A stretch of DNA of 64,000 nucleotides from Perkinsus chesapeaki ATCC PRA-425 (lineage: Eukaryota > Protista > Perkinsozoa), in contig JAAPAO010000131.1 of assembly GCA_013115145.1 (NCBI GenBank), positions 2,794 to 66,793 of the forward strand, given 5' to 3'. Positions 1-9,423 of this stretch are shown here, one piece after another. Numbering within the stretch: the first letter of the stretch is position 1; each line of letters begins with the position of its first letter. Under the pieces are notes generated by a model. The model searched no databases and had not been told where the DNA came from. It was given only the letters and a program-made list of their open reading frames with translations. A program made the translations under genes and the position numbers.

Positions 1-2735
1 GGTCGATGACTGGGTCGAAGAGCTCCTTGAAGACCTCGTAACATTCTTCATCACCCGCAACCATTCCGACCGTTTTGATCATTGGATGTCCCTTATTATC
101 CATACCGGTCTTGATACATTTCGCGAGGCCAACTCCATTTGGTGTCTTCTTATCCTTCAAGTTAGCATAGATCTCTGGATTGGCTTTGAGGACATCAGCC
201 ATAACACTGTGGTGTTCAGACAGATCAGGCATCTCAGCCGGACATTCATCATGTGGGAATCCTGGGAATTCGTCGTCGCCTAATCCAGGCATGCTGGAGT
301 AGTCTGCGTGTGCTGGCGTGGAACTCGAGCCGCCTCCAACAAGAGCTTCAAACGCAGCCGCGTCTTCTTTTTGTAGAGCTTGCTCCATCTGGACGATCTT
401 CGAGCATCCCGATATCATAATGTTGACAAGCTCAACTTCAGACTTGCCGATCCTATCACTGTTTGAAATATCCCAGATACCACCAACACTTGCACTATCC
501 ACACCAGCACCGCCGCGAGCTTGCAAATGGAGAGATTTGCAGATGTCTTTGAAATCAGGCCTGGCCGACAGCAGAGGGACCTTCACCATAACTGATGCTC
601 GGAGACCTGTGCCAAGGTTACTCGGACAAGTCAGGACATAACCAAGATGATCATTATGCATGAAGTCGTAGCCTTCCTGTTTCACCACTTCTTGGACCTT
701 GTTCACTGCCTCGCAGAAGCGAGTGAAGACAGCCTTGATATCAGCACCCTTCTGCATAGATATTATTCGCATGTGGTCCTCCTCATTAACCCATACGAGG
801 AAGTTCTTCTGCTCGTTAGCGAATATGCCACGAGCATCGGGCCAGTGTCGGCCCATGCCAGAGGACAACAGCAACGTCGAGTCTGGCTCCTGGAACAAGA
901 AGTGATCTTCGCGCATCTGATGTTCTTCCGCGGCTGTCATTCCGCCAGGTTTCTCGGGATAGCTGTCGGATCCGGCAAGTGGATAATAATCTCCGGCAAG
1001 TTCACCACCTAGTGCCTTAAGTGCCTTTGTGAGGACTCTCTCAACCTCTCGCCTCTCCTCCTTTGTGCACGAAGGAGGAAGTCTAATGCCCCGGACGCTC
1101 CTGCCAGTGCGAACTCTGGTAGAAATTACGAACTCACCAGATGGGTCAATCGGGGTGTCGAGGAGTTTGGTGTAATCCAAGTCGGTTGGATGCTTGGCAT
1201 CTGGTGGGTACCCGCCATGTCGTTGATCGATGACCGGGTCGAAGAGCTCCTTGAAGACTTCATAACTTTCTTCATCACCAGCGACCATCCCGACCGTCTT
1301 GATCATTGGATGCCCCTTATTGTCCATACCGGTCTTGATGCACTTCGCGAGGCTCACTCCATTGGGCGTCTTCTTATCTTTCAGGTTCTCATAGACTTCG
1401 GGGTGAGCTTTCAGGACGTCGGCCATAACACTGTGATGTTCCGACAGATCAGGTATTCCAGCTGGGCATTCGTCATAAGGGAACCCTGGGAATTCGTCAT
1501 CTCCAAGACCAGGCATACTGGAGTAATCCATAGTAGTCGGAGCAGCAGCGCTACCACTGCTTCCCCTAAGGGATTCGAAAGCGGCCAGATCACCACTCTC
1601 CAAAGCTTGCTCCATCTGGACTATCTTCGAGCATCCCGATATCATGATGTTGACAAGTTCAACTTCGGACTTGCCGATCCTATCACTGTTTGAAATATCC
1701 CAGATACCACCAACACTTGCACTATCCACACCAGCACCGCCGCGAGCTTGCAAATGGAGAGATTTGCAGATGTCTTTAAAATCAGGCCTGGCCGACAGCA
1801 GAGGGACCTTTACCATAACTGATGCTCGGAGACCTGTGCCAAGGTTACTCGGACAAGTCAGGACATAACCAAGATGATCATTATGCATGAAGTCGTAGCC
1901 TTCCTGTTTCACCACTTCTTGGACCTTGTTCACTGCCTCACAGAAGCGAGTGAAGACAGCCTTGATATCAGCACCCTTCTGCATAGATATTATTCGCATG
2001 TGGTCCTCCTCATTAACCCATACGAGGAAGTTCTTCTGCTCGTTAGCGAATATGCCACGAGCATCGGGCCAGTGCCGGCCCATGCCAGAGGACAACAGCA
2101 ACGTCGAGTCTGGCTCCTGGAACAAGAAGTGATCTTCGCGCATCTGATGTTCTTCCGCCGCTGTCATTCCGCCAGGTTTCTCGGGATAGCTCTCGGATCC
2201 TGCAAGTGGATAATAATCTCCGGCGAGTTCACCAGTCAATGCCTTTAGAGCCTTGGTGAGTACTCGCTCTACTTCGCGCCTCTCATCCTTCGTGCATGAA
2301 GGAGGAAGTCGAATGCCTCTAACACTCCTTCCTGTCCTAACTCTGGTGGATATGACATACTTCTCAGTTGGATCAATTGCAGTGTCAAGGAGTTTGCTGT
2401 AATCCAAATCAGTCGGATGTTTGGCATCTGGTGGGTATCCACCGTGACGCTGGTCGATGACTGGGTCGAAGAGCTCCTTGAAGACCTCGTAACATTCTTC
2501 ATCACCCGCAACCATCCCGACTGTTTTGATCATTGGATGTCCCTTATTATCCATACCGGTCTTGATACATTTCGCGAGGCCAACTCCATTTGGTGTCTTC
2601 TTATCCTTCAAGTTAGCATAGATCTCTGGATTGGATTTGAGGACATCAGCCATAACACTGTGGTGATCAGACAGACCAGGCATCTCACCCGGGCATTCAT
2701 CATGTGGGAATCCTGGGAATTCGTCGTCGCCTAAT
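1..2735 (-). repeat. Tandem kinase-domain repeat, period 1227/1224 nt
   Basis: 383-1020 is near-identical to 1610-2247 (offset 1227). 1-284 is near-identical to 2452-2735 (offset 2451). Confidence 0.95.
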
Positions 2736-3987
2736 CCGGGCTGTGACGTGTATGCTGTTTCTTCTGCGGGGGTTGCCTCCTTCGCAGCGGAAGGTGCTTC
2801 CGCTGTGGGTTCGCTCTTAGATGGTTCATCTTGTGTACGACTAGCAGATGAGGTATCTAGAAAATCGCGTGCTGTTCAGTTCTTTTACTGTTATTGGCCA
2901 TGTATCAAGAAGTGCGTACTTACTCCTCTTTTGGATATACTCTGCCATGAATGACAGAGGATCCGCAGGACGGTCCGTGAGGAGCTGCTGTACCATCCCC
3001 TGTAAGAGCAGTTGGACTTGAAAATCGTCAAGGTACTTCTTAGCGTTTAAAGCTGCCTGATGTCGCGTTTGGCGTTGGGATTTCCTGATGACAGATGTCT
3101 GGTCTCGATTAACAGTCAGGGGTGTGACAAAATAGTGCCATGGCGGAGTTTATCTCCGTCGCTCGATGACGTCGAGCAGTAAATTACCGATGTCAGGGTT
3201 TATAGGCCAAAACGGAGCGCAAATCTATAAAATTGTCAAAGCCGGGAACGGTACCGTTCCTGACCCACTTCAATTCATTTCCGCCGTCCGTCGACGGCGT
3301 CCTCTACCAATTGACTCGATTCGGCATCACTTATGCCGTAACAGGATAGCACAAGTAACCAGTGAGGAGACTGAGTTTCGACAAGGTAAGAATATGGCGA
3401 TAAAGCAAGTCACCACAATGAGGCTCCTCGGTGTAATTTTATCTATCCACACCGAACGAGCAAGCTGTGGCTGGGCAAAATCACGCGAAGACGCATTTCT
3501 CACTTTTGTTTGACTTGAGGATCTGTATGCTTGAACGTAAGAGATATCTCGATGCTCGGTCCACCGTCTGGGTTCTCCATGGCGATGGATTCCGACTGCT
3601 CGCCAAGGTCTTTGAAATGGTGGAGCGATACTTGTCGACTGCCGACCTGAAGCAGTCGAGCTATCCATACGCAGCATTGTGATCAAATAAGCGAATGCGC
3701 TTGGAATCCCCTGTGAGCATCGATGAAGGAGCAAAAGGCATGGAGGGATAAGGGGCTGTCTTGGAGAGAAAACGAGAAGGCTCCTACCTGAGTGAACAGG
3801 TCGACCTTGCAAGATTCCTGAGAGTCGGAGGGGAATCGGAAAGGCTCGTTCAAGCGCAGCGGAGCTTGGCGTCTGGTCTCTCCAACTCGGATAGACAGAT
3901 AGGCTTTTTCTGAGATAAAGACTGTTTACGATGCAAGGCAGTGGTCTTACCTGGGACATTAGAGGCATCGGTGACGGTGATATCCAT
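1..3987 (-). CDS. Multi-domain creatine-kinase-type phosphagen kinase with N-terminal C2-like and Dpy-30/RIIa-like modules; 3' end beyond window
   Basis: Phase-compatible exons 3987-3951, 3909-3788, 3646-3504, 3084-2924 and 2856-<1 (GT-AG introns). The last exon is one stop-free frame with domain 1, domain 2 and the start of domain 3. Motifs [45 protein letters not shown]. Inter-domain linkers were read in frame. Confidence 0.95.
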
Positions 3988-4542
3988 GGCTGCTGTCCAG
4001 TGGTGCTACCTGGGAAAGTAGGTGGACAAGCAAGTGGACGAAAGCGTGTTCGAAAGAACTGAAAGAAAGGCAACAATCACGAAAAGCAGTGAATGAATTT
4101 GGGCGGTAAGCAAGATGTCATAGAGAGGGAAGAGAAAGAGGATGTACGACTACTGGAAGGCACCAAAGGAGATTTCCGGAGACTTCATTTGAATTCTGCG
4201 CTGATTACGCGCACGCCATTGTAATCGATTTGACGGAGTAGAACAACACAGTTCGCAATGACGTCGAGCAGTATGACGAATGGTTAGTGACCCGCACTAT
4301 GGTAGAGTGAGTGCCTTATAGCACTAATAACACCCGGGCATCTTGTTACCTATCTTACAGTGGCATTGGAACAGCTTAGACCCCAAAAGCTTTGGATTTA
4401 CAATTGCTGCCGTGTTACATGTCACTATGCCATTGTCACTGTGGTGAGCGGTACCTGGAGAAAGGTTATTTTCAATGGGATTCACGGAGGGATGGAAGGG
4501 GCTTCTTGCACTGTAAATGTGGCTTAGAACTTTTTTACTGTA

Positions 4543-7444
4543 ATGGCTAGCAGCGTCCCCGCAATGAACGGATTCGGGGACTCGGCCTTCAGCTACGATC
4601 CAGCTGCCGCACCACAACTACCCCCTACAGGATCACAACAACAGCAACAACCAGCAACTCAATCTCCATTCCATACCGCTTCTCCGCCAACTCAGAAGGA
4701 TGGTACCGCAAATGTAATACTGTGGGCGTCGATACCGAAAATAAATTTTCCTCGTCTTCGTTGGTGACAGGCTCTCGGTTTTGGAGCGCCTGGCAGTGCT
4801 GCCATTCCCGCTGTGTCTGGCAGTGGTGCGGCCTCCGCTGCTCCGGGCAGTGAGAGGGTGAATGATAGCATCTATATTGATTTTGATATTCTCGGGGATG
4901 GCAAAACAGACCCAAATGAGTAGGAAGACTGCGTTGGGGACACTTGAAGAATCCCTCGCTTGCAGGTTGATGAAAACGCTCAAGGAGCAGCTGTCGAATC
5001 CCGAAGCACCTATACGTAGGAACGCCTCTGTCTGGGCTTGTGGGGACATTAGTATTGGTAGATAACGGAATGTTTGGGGTGTTCGCGGACAAAGCTCAGC
5101 TGGAGGATGCTCCCGCTGCTTCCACCAAGGCCGCTGCGCCGGCTGGAAGTGTGACCGGCAACGGTAGTGAGCAATGTGCGGCGATGACGGATCATTATTT
5201 AACCATAGATAATACTGGAGCGAATGACCAGCTTGCGTTGGAGCGTCATTTGGCTGAGCTAGAACTGAACGATGCCAAGGCCCAGCTCGAGGATCTAAAG
5301 AAGCAGTTGTCCGATTCGGGTAGGTGATGACATGCTCTATGTACCGTACCGCTCACGATCAGTATCGGCGCATCAGTCCTCTCTGACGCAGCTGGCAGAT
5401 GCCAGGAATAAACTGGACGATTCAATGGGCCAAGTGGCCAAGCTCGAGGTGCTGTCGGTTCATCGCTGGGAGGATGCTTACACTGTTTTTAGGGTGAACT
5501 TAACAGGGTTAAATCACAGAATAAGACACTTACAACTGACCTTAGTAACGCTAAGGATATGTGGATGAAAGTAGTGCCTAGTGGGACGGGGCATGGGAAC
5601 GAACGACTGCTGCTGTCAGGAATCGAGCCGTGCCTCGAAGCTCCAGGACGAGCTGAACACCAGGGACGATCAAATAGCGGAAGACTCGCGGAGAATGGCG
5701 GAGATGTCGGCAACCAATGAGGTACTGCGGCGGTGGTGGTCTCGACCGGGCCACATGTGGTGGGCAGGCGCTGCAACGTGAAAACGCCCAACTGAAGAAG
5801 CTCTTCGAAGGCTCAGAGCAGGAGGTGGCAGCCCGAGCGAGGGCGGCTGAGAATAGTTTTGGACAGCAAAACGAAAGGTGCTCGACCCGTGGGGGAATTC
5901 ATACCGACTTTTTCTTTGTTAGCTATTTTGGTGGCGCGCGAACAGTACCATCAACATCTAGAGTTCCAGCGGCGATGGCGTCGAGCCTCGGAGAGATGGT
6001 GGCTCCACCTCAGACTGATGGGTACATGAGACCGCCTACCACCGCAACAACCACTGCATTCACTCCAACGCCTACAGCTCGACTAGGTCAGGGGGATATG
6101 GATGTCGCATGTGATTTGGGTACTTCAGGTGGCACCAGCGGCTCCCCGATGAAGACCACTACCTTCCAGCCTCCCACTACGGGTACTGTCGGTGGCGGTG
6201 CTCTCCTTCCACACAATGTTGGATCACCTGCGACTGTCGAGCGATTCCGGGCTCTTATTGGCGCTCAGGAAGGGGTGCTGTATGAGGATGATATACTACA
6301 GGTGATGATGCCATACCCCCGGGAGATCTGAGGGAAGTTTGGTATTCAGATTGGAGTACAATCCTCCTACACGTGCGGTATGGGTGAAGGGCAGGTCTCC
6401 TTGTACTTCGGCAACAAGAGTAAGAAGCATCGCTGTGCAACCGCTCGGTAGGGCGCCTCAGGTTCCGGAGCATTGGACGGCTTCGCGGTAGAGCTAATCT
6501 CGGGGGATGATATCACCCTCACTGCGGAGGAAGCGGTCCCGACGGCTATAAGGGCGAAACAGCAGGTAATGGTGTAGCTAGAGGTGTCAGTGAACTTCCT
6601 AGCTTATTGTGTAGATACGTCTGTCAATGAAGGTTGTCTGTACTAAACCAACCCAGCAGATTCCTATGATGAGTGTGAGTCATTCTCATGGCTGCTGGCA
6701 TCGTCCACATTACAATCAAATCAGATGCGATTCCTTCTGTTCGATAACACCCCGCGGACCCTATCGCTTCGGTTGCCCATTCTCCTATCCAAGTTTATGA
6801 CCCCTGTGGACATCCCTAATGCCGGTGATTTCTTCAGCCTCTGGCGACATCACACGTGAAGAAGCACCTTAGGCAACCAATCTCCTCAGCATCCTTCAGA
6901 TACCATCTTTCGGAGCAATCAGCTGTAGTAAGCATCACAGCTTCCTTCGGCTGCAGGGATAGTCTTCTGGCCTTGGCCCGATCCGCCACGTTGGGAGGGG
7001 TAATAGTTCGGCGCGAGGAGGGTTAGGTGGCAAACTTTTTTGTGAAGGTGTTGAAGCTCCATTCCCAGTTGGATGCGAATCCTAACAACCTAGTTTTATG
7101 CGGCAAGTTCCCAGCAGATAGTCCAGAGGGAATACAGTGCTTCACTCTTCCCAATGCAACAGTAGGCCTCAGTGGGGATGATGAAGGTTATGGCTGCCTT
7201 CAGGTCCTAGTGCGGATCGAGGTCGGTACTGGCCCCCAGCATAGCGGCAAGGCCAGAGTTGCGGTAACAGTACCTTAAAAAATCTGAGTCGCCGATACCT
7301 GTTTCCCTTCAGGTCCGGTCGTCCGAGCCCGTTGTTGCGCTGGCTGTAAGAGACGACCTTCTGCTAGCGTTTGCCGAACTACCCGCTGATGCAGAGCCAA
7401 GCGACCCCAACTTTGAGTCTGGTGCCACGGCGGACAGTCGATAG
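4543..7444 (+). CDS. Coiled-coil protein with C-terminal AP-2 alpha-adaptin appendage (ear) domain, no adaptin trunk
   Basis: Multi-exon. Low-complexity N-terminus, then a coiled coil (LAELELNDAKAQLEDLKKQL; LQDELNTRDDQIAEDSRR). Ear motifs: RFRALIGAQEGVLYEDDILQ|IGVQSSY...GQVSLYFGNK and platform end GYGCL..VRIEVGTG...ARVA|VRSSEPVVALAVRDDL. TAG at 7442-7444. Confidence 0.8.
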
Positions 7445-7738
7445 GCTACTGTTGCTGCTTCCGGTGGTGATGAGTACTATGCAGGTAGTGGCTCGACCCC
7501 TGCCGTTGCCGACCGTTGTTTCTACTCTGTTCGATTACTAGTGATACCAACATTACCTCTGAGGAGCCCATTCATTGCTTTAATGCCGATCGGAATGGTT
7601 CTAGTGAAAGCGTCGTTATAACTGCTACCGTCCCTTCCACAAATTTCCGTGTAAGATCGTCTTGGGCATTCGTCCAGCTTCTCCATTAATATCTCACTTT
7701 TGTTGCGTTGTCCAGTCTGTCTACGGTTCCCTATAGTA

Positions 7739-9104
7739 ATGCAACAAGGACTGCCGTTTAGCGGGCGCGCTCTCACGGCTGTCGGCGCTTCGAGGAGACT
7801 ATCGGCATGTTGCGCCAAGCAGGTGTCGAAGGCAGTCAGTGATAAGTTCGGCAGACGGCACACGTACCTCAGGCTGTCATTAACTGACAAGTGTAATCTG
7901 CGGTGCCAGTACTGTATGCCGCCCGCCGTCTACGGTAGTGAGCCGGAGGAAATCAGGTAACAACGAGAAGAGCTTCTTCTCCCTCTTCTGAAGAGGGTTG
8001 ACGAAGGAAAAGGTTCTGGATGTCAGGCCACCGCCATCGGAGTATCTTACTGCGGATGAGATAGTCTCCTTGGCATCTACTTTTGTTAACGACTTGGGCA
8101 TCACTAAAATACGTTTGACGGGAGGCGAGCCCACGGTAATATGAAGGCCTTAGCCACCTCTGATTGAGGGAAATGTCGGTATGGATGAAATGGCTACAAC
8201 GGGAACCCCACACTGTGGAATTCAGTAGACCGCAACTTCCTCGACGGAAAAGCCCAGCTCGCTATTTAGTTGCGTTAACTAGTAATCTTCCAAAGCTCAG
8301 ATACGATCGGATTTTCCTCGCATCGTCGAAGGTATCGCCGAGAGTTGTCGGCCTCACTTAGACCAGTTTGGCATTACCACCAACGGCGTCCTGCTCGCCC
8401 GTCATCTGCCGGTGATGCGGTCGGCAGGCCTGCTCCATGTGAACGTATCTTTGGATACATTAGTGTCGGCGAAGTTCCCGATGATATCCAACAGACCCGA
8501 AGCCTATTGGGAGAGAGCTCGGCGGTTGATAGACACTTTGCGGAGAGATGAAGACTTCCGTCTGAAAGTGAACTGTGTGGTCATGCGCGGCGTTAACGAC
8601 GACGAGCTGTTGGACTTTGTTGAGCTCACGAGGGAGGAAAATCTCAACTTGCGGTTCATCGAGTACATGCCCTTTTCCGGCAACAACTGGGGCTCCGGCA
8701 AGTTGATGCTATCCAAGCTTGAAATCCTGAATCGAATTCAGGATGCTGTTGGTGCTGATCGGCTCAGTGCAGTAGAGGAGGTCCATCCTAATTCTACAGT
8801 CGGTAAAGAGTACCGTGTTGAGGGATATAAGGGTACCTTCGGCGTTATCAGCTCCATGACGGACAAGTTCTGCGGCGGCTGCAATCGCCTGCGAGTCTCG
8901 GCGGATGGTTCCCTTTATAATTGCTTATTCTCATCTTCTGACTCTGGTTTGTCATTAAGAGATGCCCTAAGGGCAGGCAAGCCTCTCCGGCCCATCCTAG
9001 AGGAGTCTCTGTCCAATAAGGCCTGGGCTTTGGGAGGCCGAGCCGATATGCACGAGTTGGGCAGCAGCTCGAAGGAACTACGGAATATGATGAGCATTGG
9101 TGGT

Positions 9105-9107
<3 letters not shown>
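7739..9107 (+). CDS. moaA: GTP 3',8-cyclase (molybdenum cofactor biosynthesis protein A, MOCS1A/CNX2)
   Basis: [27 protein letters not shown] (radical SAM CxxxCxxC), [34 protein letters not shown] (Cx2Cx13C), C-terminal MMSIGG. Arg/Ser/Ala-rich N-terminus resembles a mitochondrial presequence. Confidence 0.95.

Positions 9108-9170
<63 letters not shown>
9105..9170 (+). repeat. (TGA)22 microsatellite starting at the moaA stop codon
   Basis: Perfect TGA x22 read directly from 9105-9170. Confidence 0.97.
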
Positions 9171-9172
<2 letters not shown>

Positions 9173-9423
9173 TCAAGTGTCTATTTGTCAATATAGTTTT
9201 TAACCTACTCAAACGTTCCTCTATTCGTTCGGCTCGGCTGCGGCTGCGGCTGCTGTCGGGTTATTATTGATCACTTGAGATGTAGCGCTGTCAATTAACT
9301 AAGTAGGGTCAATGCCACAACCGAGGCTCGGTTGTGGCAAGGATCTATGCGTGGCGTTTTGGCAAACTAGAGTTGAGGTTGTTATAATAACAGAGCCTCC
9401 GATACAGTGTGCGCTGCTGCTGT

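Noticed and set aside
86-2734. Repeating plus-strand ORFs (121/124, 68/68, 65/105 aa)
   Set aside because: Antisense shadows of the repeated kinase domains on the minus strand.
3327-4076. 249-aa minus-strand ORF
   Set aside because: Overlaps the true CK exons in other frames and runs through their introns; no domain signal.
4625-5092. 155-aa and 138-aa minus-strand ORFs
   Set aside because: Antisense to the spliced plus-strand ear gene.
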